A stretch of 64,000 nucleotides of DNA from an uncultured Gammaproteobacteria bacterium (GCA_964533055.1 CAZHKZ010000003.1:2483-66482), one strand, 5' to 3'; shown: positions 29,891 to 40,160, counted from the stretch's first letter. Numbers and translations are program-made. Notes: generated by a model from the letters alone, not told the origin.

Positions 29891-29950
29891 ACACCTAATC
29901 TCATTAAAACAAATGAGGTCTTTTTTTTCGGAAAAAGATACAATAAAGAT

Positions 29951-31129
29951 ATGGCAACATTTAATCGCAACAAACCACACGTAAATATCGGAACCATCGG
30001 TCACGTTGATCATGGTAAGACTACAACTACAGCAGCTATTGCTACCGTTCTTTCAAAGCATGGCGGTGGAGAAGCTAAGAAGTACGAAGATATTGATAAT
30101 GCACCAGAAGAAAAAGCACGTGGCGTTACGATTAATATCTCCCACATTGAGTACGAGACAGAAAATCGTCACTATGCTCACATTGACGCTCCAGGACACG
30201 CAGATTACATTAAGAACATGATCACTGGTGCGGCTCAGATGGACGGCGCAATTCTCGTTGTTTCTGCTCCTGATGGTCCAATGCCTCAGACAAGAGAGCA
30301 CATCCTTCTTGCACGCCAAGTTGGTGTTCCTTCAATCGTTGTTTATCTCAATAAGTGCGACATGGTAGATGATGAAGAGCTCCTAGACCTCGTTGAGATG
30401 GAAATTCGTGAGCTTTTGACTAAGTATCAGTATCCTGGAGATACAACTCCAATCATCCGTGGCTCATCTCTTAAAGCACTCGAAGGCGATGCAGCTTATG
30501 AAGCAAAGATTATGGAACTTATGAAAACTGTTGATGAGTATGTTCCAACTCCAGAGCGAGATCTCGACAAGCCATTCCTTATGCCTGTAGAGGATGTTTT
30601 CTCTATCAAAGGTCGAGGAACTGTTGTAACGGGAAGAGTCGAGAGAGGCGTTATTAAAGTTAACGAGCCTATTGAAATCGTCGGTATGAAAGCTACAGCT
30701 AACTCAGTTGTTACCGGTGTTGAGATGTTTAGAAAGCTCCTTGATCAAGGTCAAGCTGGAGACAACGTTGGATTACTTCTCCGTGGAGTTGAAAAAGAAG
30801 ATGTAGAGCGTGGACAAGTGCTTGCTAAGCCTGGTTCTATTACTCCACACACAGATTTTGAAGCTGAAGCATACATCCTTACTAAAGAAGAAGGCGGACG
30901 TCACACTCCATTCTTCAAGGGGTATCGCCCACAATTCTACATTAGAACGACAGACGTTACTGGATCTGTTGAATTGCCAGCAGGTGTTGAAATGATTATG
31001 CCTGGAGACAATACAAAGATGAATGTTTCACTCATCGTACCAGTTGCTTTAGAAGAAGGTCTCCGATTCGCTATCCGTGAGGGTGGACGAACTGTTGGAG
31101 CCGGGGTTATCTCAAAGATAATCAAATAA
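29951..31129 (+). CDS. tuf: Elongation factor Tu
   Basis: [34 protein letters not shown]. Confidence 0.99.
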   Translation: MATFNRNKPHVNIGTIGHVDHGKTTTTAAIATVLSKHGGGEAKKYEDIDNAPEEKARGVTINISHIEYETENRHYAHIDAPGHADYIKNMITGAAQMDGAILVVSAPDGPMPQTREHILLARQVGVPSIVVYLNKCDMVDDEELLDLVEMEIRELLTKYQYPGDTTPIIRGSSLKALEGDAAYEAKIMELMKTVDEYVPTPERDLDKPFLMPVEDVFSIKGRGTVVTGRVERGVIKVNEPIEIVGMKATANSVVTGVEMFRKLLDQGQAGDNVGLLLRGVEKEDVERGQVLAKPGSITPHTDFEAEAYILTKEEGGRHTPFFKGYRPQFYIRTTDVTGSVELPAGVEMIMPGDNTKMNVSLIVPVALEEGLRFAIREGGRTVGAGVISKIIK

Positions 31130-31189
31130 ACCTTTCTGACTTTTGTCTGATTGGTAGCACGTTAACTGTTTGTTAAAGAAAGATACATT

Positions 31190-31498
31190 ATGCCAAAAGG
31201 AAGAATTCGTGTTCGCTTAAAAAGTTATGATGCGAGAGTCATTGACTCTACGTGTCAGCAGATTTTAGATACGGCTATTAGAACCGGAGCTAAGATAGTG
31301 GGCCCAGTTCCTCTCCCTACAGCTAGAAGTCTCTACGCAGTCAATAAATCTCCTTTCGTTGACAAGAATGCTCGAGATCACTTTGAAATTAAGGTGCACA
31401 AGCGTCTTATTGATATCATTTCTCCGACAGACAAAACAATTGATAGCCTTACTCATCTGGAATTGCCAGCTGGTGTAGATGTCGAAATTAAGATGTAG
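31190..31498 (+). CDS. rpsJ: 30S ribosomal protein S10
   Basis: IRVRLKSYD, GPVPLPT, HKRLIDI. Confidence 0.98.
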   Translation: MPKGRIRVRLKSYDARVIDSTCQQILDTAIRTGAKIVGPVPLPTARSLYAVNKSPFVDKNARDHFEIKVHKRLIDIISPTDKTIDSLTHLELPAGVDVEIKM

Positions 31499-31598
31499 GA
31501 CACCGCGTTCTACAATACAATAATGCCCGAAATGGAAAAAATAAATATTAGTATGAGGTAAAGAAAGCCTAAAAGGCTCACATCGTGAGAGTGAATTG

Positions 31599-31626
31599 AA
31601 AGATAGCCTACAGGCTATCTTTTTTT
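31599..31626 (+). terminator. Terminator-like hairpin plus U-tract between rpsJ and rplC
   Basis: AAAGATAGCC-TACA-GGCTATCTTTTTTT. Confidence 0.65.
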
Positions 31627-31635
31627 GATTTTAGT

Positions 31636-32508
31636 ATGAACACATTTATAGGAATAAAAGTTAAGCAGACACAAGGATTTTTAGAGAACGGGAACAGAAC
31701 GCCTATTACAGTCGTTAATGCCCCAGATGTTTTCGTGGTGGGGACAAAATCAGTTGAAAAAGAAGGCTATAATGCTGTGCGCATCGGCTTTGGAACTGCA
31801 AAAAAGCCAACAAAAGCGATCATGGGCATTGCAAAGCTTGCAAATATGGCTGTAGCTCCACGAAAGATCGTTGAGGAGAGGCTCTCAGATGCTCCTACAC
31901 AAGAGTTAGGCGCAACTATTAAGGTAGATGAGGTTCTTAGCATCGGCGACATCGTAGATGTCACTGGTGTTTCTAAGGGTAAGGGATTTGCTGGTGGCGT
32001 TAAGCGATATGGATTTAGGGGTGGACCTAAGACACACGGTCAGTCAGATAGGCATCGTGCACCAGGATCTATTGGTTCAGGAACAACCCCAGGACGCGTC
32101 TACAAGGGTAAGAGAATGGCAGGAAACATGGGCAAAGAGCAAGTCACTGTTAAAAACCTTACTGTTATCGACCTGAATGCAGATGAAAAGACCATCATGA
32201 TTGGTGGACTTGTTCCTGGAATTATGGGAGGAACAATCTCAATTACAAAGGTTGGAGAAGTAAAGGAAAAGAATTTCTCACCACTTTTTAAGATCGTAGC
32301 TGATGCTCCAGTCGAAGAGACAGTATCTGAGCCAGTTATTGAAGACGCAGCAGTCGCAGAATCTCAGCCAGAGGCTGATCGTCCTTTGGACGAAGTTGAG
32401 GAAGCTGTTGTAGCTCCTGAAGCAGAGTCAGTAGTTGAAGCTCCAGTTGAAGCTGAGTCTGAGGAAGTTAAAGAAGAAGTAAAGCTTGAAGAGGAGGAAG
32501 CTAAATAA
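31636..32508 (+). CDS. rplC: 50S ribosomal protein L3 with acidic C-terminal tail
   Basis: SKGKGFAGGVKR, HRAPGSIG, PGRVYKGKRMAG. Confidence 0.98.
   Translation: MNTFIGIKVKQTQGFLENGNRTPITVVNAPDVFVVGTKSVEKEGYNAVRIGFGTAKKPTKAIMGIAKLANMAVAPRKIVEERLSDAPTQELGATIKVDEVLSIGDIVDVTGVSKGKGFAGGVKRYGFRGGPKTHGQSDRHRAPGSIGSGTTPGRVYKGKRMAGNMGKEQVTVKNLTVIDLNADEKTIMIGGLVPGIMGGTISITKVGEVKEKNFSPLFKIVADAPVEETVSEPVIEDAAVAESQPEADRPLDEVEEAVVAPEAESVVEAPVEAESEEVKEEVKLEEEEAK
32364..32393. repeat. 30-nt double-palindrome element in frame within rplC
   Basis: TCAGCC-AGA-GGCTGA + TCGTCC-TTT-GGACGA. Confidence 0.75.
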
Positions 32509-32509
32509 T

Positions 32510-33280
32510 ATGGCAACAACAAAAACAACATCAGCTAAGGAGAAGAAAGTCCCAGCTAAAAAGACAGCGCCAGTTGTCCAAGAAGCTGTGGTTAAAAATG
32601 CTCCAGAAAAGACTGAGACTGCATCTGATTCTAAGGTGAAATTGACTGCAAATAGTTTTGATATCACTGGTAAAGCGCTTTCTGCGGTCAAGCTTCCAGA
32701 GGAAATCTTTGGCGCAGCTATTAATAAGCCACTTATCGCTCAGGCAATCAGAATATACCTTGCTAATCAGCGACAAGGAACTGTGCGAACTAAGTCTCGA
32801 GGGGAAGTTCATGGATCATCAAGAAAGATTTATAGACAAAAGGGCACAGGTAGAGCTCGTCATGGCGGCATTCGTGCTCCAATATTCGTTGGAGGAGGAG
32901 TAGCGCACGGACCAAAGCCAGTAGATCACTCTCGCACAATGCCTACAAAAATGCGAAGAGCAGCTTTGTTCTCAGTTCTCTCTGAAAAGCAGCAGCTTGG
33001 AAGTATCACTGTTATTGAAGGGTTAGAGAAGATTGAAGCAAAAACTAAAGCATTCGTTCAGATGCTGGCAAAGACATCCCTTGCTGATAAGAAGCAGAAG
33101 ATCTTGGTTGTGCTTCCAGGAACTCTTGAAAATGCGCAGAAAGCATCAAGAAATATTAAGGGAGTGACCTATGTTCACGCAAAGCAGCTTAATTCATATG
33201 ATGCGCTCAATGCAAAGACAATTATCTTGGGGAAAGATGCAATTGGCGTCATGGAGGAAGCTTTTGTAGCTAAAAAATAA
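32510..33280 (+). CDS. rplD: 50S ribosomal protein L4 with N-terminal extension
   Basis: RQGT..KSRGEV, RQKGTGRARHG, GGGVAHGPKP; start at ATG 32510. Confidence 0.97.
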   Translation: MATTKTTSAKEKKVPAKKTAPVVQEAVVKNAPEKTETASDSKVKLTANSFDITGKALSAVKLPEEIFGAAINKPLIAQAIRIYLANQRQGTVRTKSRGEVHGSSRKIYRQKGTGRARHGGIRAPIFVGGGVAHGPKPVDHSRTMPTKMRRAALFSVLSEKQQLGSITVIEGLEKIEAKTKAFVQMLAKTSLADKKQKILVVLPGTLENAQKASRNIKGVTYVHAKQLNSYDALNAKTIILGKDAIGVMEEAFVAKK

Positions 33281-33281
33281 T

Positions 33282-33569
33282 ATGAAGAACGTATTAATCG
33301 GACCAATTATTACTGAGAGATCCATGGCATCTGTGAAGGAAGGTAAGTTTTCTTTTAACGTTGCACTTCATGCTAACAAAGATGCTATCCGAAAAGCGAT
33401 AAACGTTCAGTTTGGTGTTGATGTTGTCGGAATTGAGACAATAACGCAAAAAGGAAGATCAAAGCGCGTCGGTGCTCGCAGAGCTATTAAGACATTGGCT
33501 TCTTTGAAAAAGGCTATTGTGACATTAAAGACAGGACAAAAGATTGACATTTTTGATCTTGGAGTTTAA
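33282..33569 (+). CDS. rplW: 50S ribosomal protein L23
   Basis: PIITERS, KKAIVTL; operon position. Confidence 0.96.
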   Translation: MKNVLIGPIITERSMASVKEGKFSFNVALHANKDAIRKAINVQFGVDVVGIETITQKGRSKRVGARRAIKTLASLKKAIVTLKTGQKIDIFDLGV

Positions 33570-33589
33570 GATTGCGAAGCTAAACTTTT

Positions 33590-34330
33590 ATGAATAAATT
33601 AAAAATTATCAGAAAGAAAAAGGGAGGAAGAGATGCTTCGGGACAAGTGTCTGTTCGCCATCAGGGTGGAGAGCATAAAAGATATGTGAGAACTGTTGAT
33701 TTTAAGCGCAATAAAATCGGCATCGTCGGCAAGGTGGCGATGATTGAGTATGATCCAAATAGAACATGTGATCTAGCTCTTATTCACTACAGTGACGGCG
33801 AGAAGCGTTATATTCTCGCTCCACACGGGCTTAAGGTAAATGATACGATTAGTGCAGGTCCAGATGTTGAGATTCAAGTTGGTAATGCTCTACCTCTATC
33901 AAAACTTCCTTTAGGAACTCTCGTTCATAACGTTGAGTTAACTCCAGGAAAAGGTGGTCAAATGGCTCGTGGTGCAGGTGCTGGAGCGATGATGACTGCA
34001 AGAGAAGATGGCTTTATTCACTTAAAATTGCCATCTGGTGAGATTCGAAAAGTTAGCGAAGTTGGATACGCAACAGTTGGACAAGTTGGTAACATTGAGT
34101 GGAAAAATGAGATCACAGGAACTGCTGGTAGAAATCGTCGAAGAGGTATTAGACCAACAGTAAGAGGTGTAGCTCAGAATCCACGCTCACATCCACACGG
34201 TGGAGGAGAAGGTAGATCAGGTATTGGTATGCCAGGGCCTAAGACATTTGCTGGACGAAGCGCAGTAGGTAAGACTAGAAGACCAACAAAGTATTCAAAC
34301 AAGTATATTTTACAAAGGAGAAAGAAATAA
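33590..34330 (+). CDS. rplB: 50S ribosomal protein L2, N-terminally shortened
   Basis: [31 protein letters not shown]. Confidence 0.97.
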   Translation: MNKLKIIRKKKGGRDASGQVSVRHQGGEHKRYVRTVDFKRNKIGIVGKVAMIEYDPNRTCDLALIHYSDGEKRYILAPHGLKVNDTISAGPDVEIQVGNALPLSKLPLGTLVHNVELTPGKGGQMARGAGAGAMMTAREDGFIHLKLPSGEIRKVSEVGYATVGQVGNIEWKNEITGTAGRNRRRGIRPTVRGVAQNPRSHPHGGGEGRSGIGMPGPKTFAGRSAVGKTRRPTKYSNKYILQRRKK

Positions 34331-34331
34331 T

Positions 34332-34616
34332 ATGGCACGATCACTTAAAAAAGGACCATACATAGACGAAAGATTACTTAAGAAAGTAATGATCCAGAAG
34401 AACGAAGGTCAGCATGTTGCAATTAAGACATGGGCTCGAGCATGCCAAATTCCACCTGAATTTGTTGGTCACACGCTGGCAATTCACAATGGAAGAATTT
34501 TTGTTAATGTACTTATCAACGAAGGCATGGTGGGTCATAGACTTGGAGAGTTCTCGCCAACTAGAACATTTAGATCACACGGACGTATTGTATCTCGTGA
34601 GATATCAAAGACATAA
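34332..34616 (+). CDS. rpsS: 30S ribosomal protein S19
   Basis: [21 protein letters not shown]. Confidence 0.98.
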   Translation: MARSLKKGPYIDERLLKKVMIQKNEGQHVAIKTWARACQIPPEFVGHTLAIHNGRIFVNVLINEGMVGHRLGEFSPTRTFRSHGRIVSREISKT

Positions 34617-34621
34617 AAATT

Positions 34622-34960
34622 ATGCAAGTTATAGCAACAGCAACACAAATTAGAATTAGTCCAAGAAAAGCTCGCCTAGTAGCCGATGCGGTTCGCGATT
34701 TGCCACTTGTTCAGGCATTGGCAGCGCTTGATGTTATTGAGAAGCGCGGATCAGGTGTTATTAAGAAGACAATTATGAGTGCAGTTGCAAATGCGACAAA
34801 TAATGCAAAGATGCAAAAAGATAATCTCAAGATCTTTAGACTCGAGATATCTGAGGGCCCAGCGTTAAAGAGATATCACGCTTCAACAAGAGGAAGAATT
34901 CATCCATACAAGAGAAGAAGTAGTCATATCAGAGTTGTTCTAGAGGAGGTTACAAAATAA
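34622..34960 (+). CDS. rplV: 50S ribosomal protein L22
   Basis: RISPRKARLVAD, SAVANA, SHI. Confidence 0.97.
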   Translation: MQVIATATQIRISPRKARLVADAVRDLPLVQALAALDVIEKRGSGVIKKTIMSAVANATNNAKMQKDNLKIFRLEISEGPALKRYHASTRGRIHPYKRRSSHIRVVLEEVTK

Positions 34961-34961
34961 T

Positions 34962-35612
34962 ATGGGTCAAAAAGTTAATCCACATCTTATTAGACTAAAG
35001 ACAGTTCATGACTGGGATAGTCGATGGTTCAATGAAAAGAACTACAAAGAAACTGTTCTTGAGGATTATGCGCTTCGAACTATGCTCATGGATAAGCTAA
35101 AGATGGCAGGAGTAAGTCGTGTTGAGATTGAGCGATCTATTAACAATGTTCGTATTATCACCTACGTGTCTCGACCAGGTATAGTTATCGGTCGTGGTGG
35201 TGCAGGCATTGAAGATCTTAAGAAGCTTATTACACGCTTCTTTATTAAACAGGGCAAAGCTGCTAAAATGATGCCCCGCTTTGATTTGAGAGTAGAGCAG
35301 GTAAAAGATCCTAATCTTGACGCTCAATTAGTCGCACGAAGTGTGGCTGAGCAACTCATTAGAAGATTGGCTTTTAAGAAGGTCTTGGTTCAGACTTCGG
35401 AAAAAGTAATGAATGCTGGAGGACTTGGGATGAAGATCGTTCTTACAGGAAGAATCAATGGAGCAGAAATTGGACGAAGAGAAAAGATCCAGGTTGGCAC
35501 AGTGCCACTTTCAACAATTCGAGCAAATATTGATTATGCAAATTTCCCTGCATTAACAAAAAAGGGTTATATCGGTGTAAAAGTCTGGATTAATAGACCC
35601 GAGGAGCAATAA
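34962..35612 (+). CDS. rpsC: 30S ribosomal protein S3
   Basis: [31 protein letters not shown]. Confidence 0.98.
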   Translation: MGQKVNPHLIRLKTVHDWDSRWFNEKNYKETVLEDYALRTMLMDKLKMAGVSRVEIERSINNVRIITYVSRPGIVIGRGGAGIEDLKKLITRFFIKQGKAAKMMPRFDLRVEQVKDPNLDAQLVARSVAEQLIRRLAFKKVLVQTSEKVMNAGGLGMKIVLTGRINGAEIGRREKIQVGTVPLSTIRANIDYANFPALTKKGYIGVKVWINRPEEQ

Positions 35613-35614
35613 CT

Positions 35615-36028
35615 ATGTTAGTACCAAGAAGAGTAAAATATCGAAAACAAATGAGGGGAACAATGAAGGGTGATTCATATCGTGGAACGACCCTTGCGTT
35701 TGGAGAGTTTGGCATTGTTACTCAGGATCAGGGATGGATCTCAAGTAGACAGATTGAGTCGGCAAGACGCGCTATCACGCACTATACTCAGCGAGGTGGA
35801 CGTATTTGGATCAGAATCTATCCTGATAAACCAGTCAGTAAGAAGCCACCAGAGGTACGTATGGGTGGAGGAAAGGGAGACATTGAAGAGTATGTGGCTC
35901 CAGTACTTCCAGGGCGCATTCTCTTCGAGATGGGTGGAGTTACAGAAGAAGTTGCAACTGAAGCACTTCGTCTCGCGTCTCACAAGTTACCAGTGAAAAC
36001 ACGATTGATATCTAGGAAAGGAAATTAA
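35615..36028 (+). CDS. rplP: 50S ribosomal protein L16
   Basis: [22 protein letters not shown]. Confidence 0.98.
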   Translation: MLVPRRVKYRKQMRGTMKGDSYRGTTLAFGEFGIVTQDQGWISSRQIESARRAITHYTQRGGRIWIRIYPDKPVSKKPPEVRMGGGKGDIEEYVAPVLPGRILFEMGGVTEEVATEALRLASHKLPVKTRLISRKGN

Positions 36029-36030
36029 TT

Positions 36031-36246
36031 ATGAAAATGAAGATGAAAGAGGAAATTAAGAACAAAGATATGTCAGAGCTTGTTAAGTCTTTGAAGGATG
36101 CTAGAAAGAAATTAGTTGATTCTCGGCTTGAGCAGTCACAGTTCAAATTGAAGAATACTAATTCGCTTACAACTATTCGAAAAGAGATTGCAGTTATTTT
36201 GACTGTAATGAAACAAAAGGAGGATACAAATGGCAAAAACGCTTAA
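36031..36246 (+). CDS. rpmC: 50S ribosomal protein L29
   Basis: IRKEIAVILT; operon position. Confidence 0.92.
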   Translation: MKMKMKEEIKNKDMSELVKSLKDARKKLVDSRLEQSQFKLKNTNSLTTIRKEIAVILTVMKQKEDTNGKNA

Positions 36247-36481
36247 TGGAACAATTACAGCTGTTGGTAACAAGACAGCGACGGTTGAGGTAGTAAGACA
36301 ATTCCCTCACCCACTTTACAGAAAGCTGCTTAAAAGAAGTAGTAAGTTTAAGGTATCTACAGATGCCCTGATGCATGTTGGAGATGTTGTTGAAATTACT
36401 GAGACAAAGCCAGTATCAAAAGATAAATACTTTAGAGTTTCAAAAGTGATCACTGAAGTTAAGGGGGTAACAAAAGGATGA
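36230..36481 (+). CDS. rpsQ: 30S ribosomal protein S17
   Basis: [25 protein letters not shown]. Confidence 0.96.
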   Translation: MAKTLNGTITAVGNKTATVEVVRQFPHPLYRKLLKRSSKFKVSTDALMHVGDVVEITETKPVSKDKYFRVSKVITEVKGVTKG

Positions 36482-36852
36482 TTCAGCATAGATCCATGCT
36501 CTCAGTTGCCGATAATTCAGGTGCAAAGATCTTGCAGGTGATTCATATCTTTGGTGGATCACAACGACGCAAGGGCAGTCTCGGAGATATTGTTAATGCA
36601 GTTGTAAAGCAGGCAGCTCCACATGGCGGAGTGAAAGAAGGGGAAATCGTTAAGGTTGTTATCGTGAGAACTCGAAAAGAATATGGTCGAAAAGATGGGT
36701 CATTCGTACGATTTTCAGATAATGCAGGCGTACTCATCGACAATCAAAAAGACAAGAACCCACGAGGAACACGTATTTTTGGACCAATTGCACGTGAAGT
36801 TCGAGATAGTGGATTTGCAAAGATCGCTAGTATGGCAGTAGAGGTCGTATAA
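36478..36852 (+). CDS. rplN: 50S ribosomal protein L14
   Basis: [25 protein letters not shown]. Confidence 0.98.
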   Translation: MIQHRSMLSVADNSGAKILQVIHIFGGSQRRKGSLGDIVNAVVKQAAPHGGVKEGEIVKVVIVRTRKEYGRKDGSFVRFSDNAGVLIDNQKDKNPRGTRIFGPIAREVRDSGFAKIASMAVEVV

Positions 36853-36861
36853 GGAGAAATT

Positions 36862-37167
36862 ATGAAAATTAAAAAAGGTGACACAGTCATCATAGTCGCA
36901 GGAAAAGATAAAGGAAAAACAGGAAAAGTTGAGAGAGTCTTTAGCAAGACCAATAAGGTCATGATTGAGGGCATCAATCAATACAAGAGGCATATTAAGG
37001 CACGTGCTCAAGGTCAGCAGTCAGAGATTAAGACTATTACAAAGCCGTTGCCAGTATCAAATGTGGCATTCCTTGATGCAAAAACAAAAAAGCAGACACG
37101 AATTGGATACTCAATAACTAAGGGTGAAAAGACAAGAATCAGTAAGAGTACGGGAGGAGAAATCTAA
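36862..37167 (+). CDS. rplX: 50S ribosomal protein L24
   Basis: IKKGDTV..AGKDKGKTGKV KOW motif. Confidence 0.98.
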   Translation: MKIKKGDTVIIVAGKDKGKTGKVERVFSKTNKVMIEGINQYKRHIKARAQGQQSEIKTITKPLPVSNVAFLDAKTKKQTRIGYSITKGEKTRISKSTGGEI

Positions 37168-37168
37168 T

Positions 37169-37720
37169 ATGGATTCATTACAATCACGATACAATCAAAC
37201 AATTAAAGGTGAGCTTAAGACCTCTCTTGAAGTTAAGAACATTATGGCTATTCCAAAGCTCACAAAGATTGTTGTTAACATGGGAGTTAAGGACGCCGTT
37301 GCTGACAAGAAGAATGTTGAGAAAGCAGGCTTGATCATGGGTCAGATCACGGGCCAGAAGCCTCGCGTTGCAAAGGCAAAGAAATCAATCGCAGCATTTA
37401 AATTGCGTGAAGGTGAGCCAATTGGTGTGGCAGTAACACTTCGTGGAGCAAGAATGTATAACTTCTTAGACAAGCTCGTTACGATTGTCTTTCCACGATT
37501 GAAGGATTTTAGAGGAATCAGCAAGAGTAGTTTTGATGGGCGCGGTAATTACACGCTTGGATTTACTGAGTATGCTGTCTTTCCTGAGATTGATCCAGCA
37601 ACTGTTGAGAAACTTCAGGGTCTTGAAGTGGTCATCGTTACATCTGCAACAAATAATAATGACGGACTAAAGCTTTTAGAAGCACTCGGAATGCCTTTTG
37701 AGAAAGGGGAAAACAAGTAA
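37169..37720 (+). CDS. rplE: 50S ribosomal protein L5
   Basis: KIVVNMGV, ITGQKP, FKLREG, FDGRGNY; start at ATG 37169. Confidence 0.98.
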   Translation: MDSLQSRYNQTIKGELKTSLEVKNIMAIPKLTKIVVNMGVKDAVADKKNVEKAGLIMGQITGQKPRVAKAKKSIAAFKLREGEPIGVAVTLRGARMYNFLDKLVTIVFPRLKDFRGISKSSFDGRGNYTLGFTEYAVFPEIDPATVEKLQGLEVVIVTSATNNNDGLKLLEALGMPFEKGENK

Positions 37721-37725
37721 GAGCA

Positions 37726-37754
37726 TTGTCTTTTGAGGCAAGTAAGCTTATAAT
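37726..37754 (+). promoter_or_regulatory. Internal promoter before rpsN
   Basis: TTGTCT-N17-TATAAT in a 42-nt gap. Confidence 0.6.
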
Positions 37755-37762
37755 AATCAACT

Positions 37763-37948
37763 ATGGCAAAAACATCAGACATTGTTAAATTCCAGAGAAA
37801 GCAGAAATTTGAAGTTCGCATGGTTAATAGATGTGCTCTCTGCGGACGATCTCGAGGGTATATGCGAAAATTTGGTCTTTGCAGACTCTGTTTTAGGGAG
37901 AGAGCATCTAAGGGTGAATTACCAGGAATATTAAAAGCAAGTTGGTAA
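37763..37948 (+). CDS. rpsN: 30S ribosomal protein S14, zinc-binding type
   Basis: [16 protein letters not shown], 61 aa. Confidence 0.97.
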   Translation: MAKTSDIVKFQRKQKFEVRMVNRCALCGRSRGYMRKFGLCRLCFRERASKGELPGILKASW

Positions 37949-37955
37949 AAATATT

Positions 37956-38345
37956 ATGTATCACGTAGCAGATTTTATTATTAGAATTAAAAACGCATCA
38001 GCAGCACGCCGCAAGGAAGTTGTTATGCCTTATTCGAAAATTAGCAAGTCAATCGCAAAGCTTTTGGTAAAAGAAGGCTTTTTGGCCGATGTTAAAGAGG
38101 CTGAGCTTGAAGGTAAAAAGGTGATTCAGGTTGGTATTCGTTATGTTCGACGTAAGCCAGTCGTTAGTACTGTAACAATCATCTCAAAACCATCTCTTCG
38201 AGCATACTTTGATATTGCCGGACTTAAGGGGCAAAATAGAAAAGACTCAACGACGCTTATTATTTCAACGAGTAAGGGAATTATGACTGCAAAGCAGGCA
38301 CTTAAAGAAAATATCGGCGGAGAGTTACTTTTCAAGATCGGATAA
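37956..38345 (+). CDS. rpsH: 30S ribosomal protein S8
   Basis: ADFIIRIKNA, ISKPSLR, STSKGIM, GGELL. Confidence 0.97.
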   Translation: MYHVADFIIRIKNASAARRKEVVMPYSKISKSIAKLLVKEGFLADVKEAELEGKKVIQVGIRYVRRKPVVSTVTIISKPSLRAYFDIAGLKGQNRKDSTTLIISTSKGIMTAKQALKENIGGELLFKIG

Positions 38346-38348
38346 TAT

Positions 38349-38900
38349 ATGTCAAAAATAGGAAAATTACCAATCGACGTTAGCCAGACAACAACAGTTA
38401 CCATTGAGGGTGCATCTGTGCATGTTAAGGGTGGAAAAGGTGAGCTATCATATGTTTTACCAGATGGTATCCAGGTTGTGCAGTCTGAGGGACAGCTAAT
38501 TGTAAGTCCAAAGATCGAGAATGATCAGAGTCTTAGTGCAATGTTCGGACTTGCTAGAGCAAATCTCGCAAACATGGTGCACGGAGTTGAGAAAGGTTTT
38601 GAGAGAAAGCTTGAAATTCAGGGTGTTGGATATAGAGGTGCGATGCAGGGCTCAGAGCTGGTTCTTAACTTAGGATTTGCGCACCCAGTTAAATTTAAGC
38701 CCGCGGAAGGTGTTACCATTAGTGTTGCTGATAATATTATTTCCGTAAATGGCATCGACAAAATGCAGGTTGGTGAGGCTGCTGCAAAGATTCGAAGCGC
38801 TAAAAAGCCAGAGCCATATAAAGGAAAAGGAATTCGCTATGTTGGTGAGCAGGTTAGACGAAAAGCTGGAAAAGCTGCAAAGGCAGTAGGAGCTAAATAA
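38349..38900 (+). CDS. rplF: 50S ribosomal protein L6
   Basis: [25 protein letters not shown]. Confidence 0.98.
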   Translation: MSKIGKLPIDVSQTTTVTIEGASVHVKGGKGELSYVLPDGIQVVQSEGQLIVSPKIENDQSLSAMFGLARANLANMVHGVEKGFERKLEIQGVGYRGAMQGSELVLNLGFAHPVKFKPAEGVTISVADNIISVNGIDKMQVGEAAAKIRSAKKPEPYKGKGIRYVGEQVRRKAGKAAKAVGAK

Positions 38901-38904
38901 CATT

Positions 38905-39234
38905 ATGAAATCAAGAGTTGAACAAAGACAGCAGAGAACTAGAAACAAACTTCGATATATTTCATCGAGGCCACGACTTTCTGTATTTAGATCTAATCAG
39001 CATATCTATGCCCAGATTATTGATGATGCGGAGAAGGTAACGCTCGTATCAGCATATGAAAAAGATACTACTGGTACAAAGATCGAGAGAGCAAAGAAGC
39101 TTGGAATTGCACTCGCAGCTGCTGCACTAGAGAAGAAAATCAAGGAAGTTGCTTTTGACAAAGGAAGCTATGCATATCACGGAAGAGTAAAGGCATTTGC
39201 TGAGGGAGCACGTGAAGGAGGGCTTCAATTCTAA
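38905..39234 (+). CDS. rplR: 50S ribosomal protein L18
   Basis: [27 protein letters not shown]. Confidence 0.98.
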   Translation: MKSRVEQRQQRTRNKLRYISSRPRLSVFRSNQHIYAQIIDDAEKVTLVSAYEKDTTGTKIERAKKLGIALAAAALEKKIKEVAFDKGSYAYHGRVKAFAEGAREGGLQF

Positions 39235-39235
39235 T

Positions 39236-39718
39236 ATGAACGATAATTATCAAAGAAGTGAATTCATCGAACAGGTTGTTAAGATCAGCCGTGTTTCCAA
39301 AAAGACAAAAGGTGGAAATAAAGTTGGTTTTTCAGCGCTCACTGTTGTGGGTGATGGAAAAGGCAGAGTAGGCGTCGGGCTTGGAAAAGCGCCAGACGTT
39401 TCCTCAGCTGTAAGAAAAGGTATTATTCTTGCTAAGAAGCATTTTATCGTTGTACCACTTATTAATGGAACTATTCCATCACGAGTTGATGTAAAGGTGG
39501 GAGCAGCTCGCATCATGTTAAAGCCAGCTCCAGCAGGTAGTGGTATTATTGCGGGCGGAGCAGTTCGAAGTGTTGTTTCAGCTGCTGGTATTAGCAACAT
39601 TTCATCAAAGGTTCTTGGTAGTAATAATAAGGGTGGCAACGTTAATGCGACACTTGAAGCACTCCGACAGTTATCAGTAATGCAAGAGAAAAAGAAGGAA
39701 CTTACAAAGAAGAAATAA
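39236..39718 (+). CDS. rpsE: 30S ribosomal protein S5
   Basis: RVSKKTKGG, VVGDGKGRVG, GIIAGG; start at ATG 39236. Confidence 0.98.
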   Translation: MNDNYQRSEFIEQVVKISRVSKKTKGGNKVGFSALTVVGDGKGRVGVGLGKAPDVSSAVRKGIILAKKHFIVVPLINGTIPSRVDVKVGAARIMLKPAPAGSGIIAGGAVRSVVSAAGISNISSKVLGSNNKGGNVNATLEALRQLSVMQEKKKELTKKK

Positions 39719-39719
39719 T

Positions 39720-40160
39720 ATGGAATTACATACATTACCACGATTTAATACAAAGGGGAAAAGAAGACTGGGGCAAGGTCATGGCTCCGGTCGTTCAAAG
39801 ACTGCAGGTAGAGGTACAAAGGGTCAATTGGCTCGTAATACCGTCCCGCTTACATTTGAAGGTGGAGCACTTTCACTGATTAAGCGTCTTCCATTTAGAC
39901 GAGGAAAAAGTAGAAATTACTCAATAAAAGCTGAGATCGCTGTTCTTAATGTTGGTGACCTCAAAGTCTTCGCAAAAGATGAGCAAGTAACTGTAGCCTC
40001 GCTTCAAAAGCACAACCTCTTAACAACTGGCGAGACAGCTGTTAAGATATTGGGAGATGGAGATGTTACTGTTCCCCTAACAGTATTAGTTCCTGCGACA
40101 AAGAGTGCGAAAGAGAAGATCGAAAACGCAGGCGGTAAGGTTGAATCTACAGTTTCATGA
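39720..40160 (+). CDS. rplO: 50S ribosomal protein L15
   Basis: [29 protein letters not shown]. Confidence 0.97.
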   Translation: MELHTLPRFNTKGKRRLGQGHGSGRSKTAGRGTKGQLARNTVPLTFEGGALSLIKRLPFRRGKSRNYSIKAEIAVLNVGDLKVFAKDEQVTVASLQKHNLLTTGETAVKILGDGDVTVPLTVLVPATKSAKEKIENAGGKVESTVS

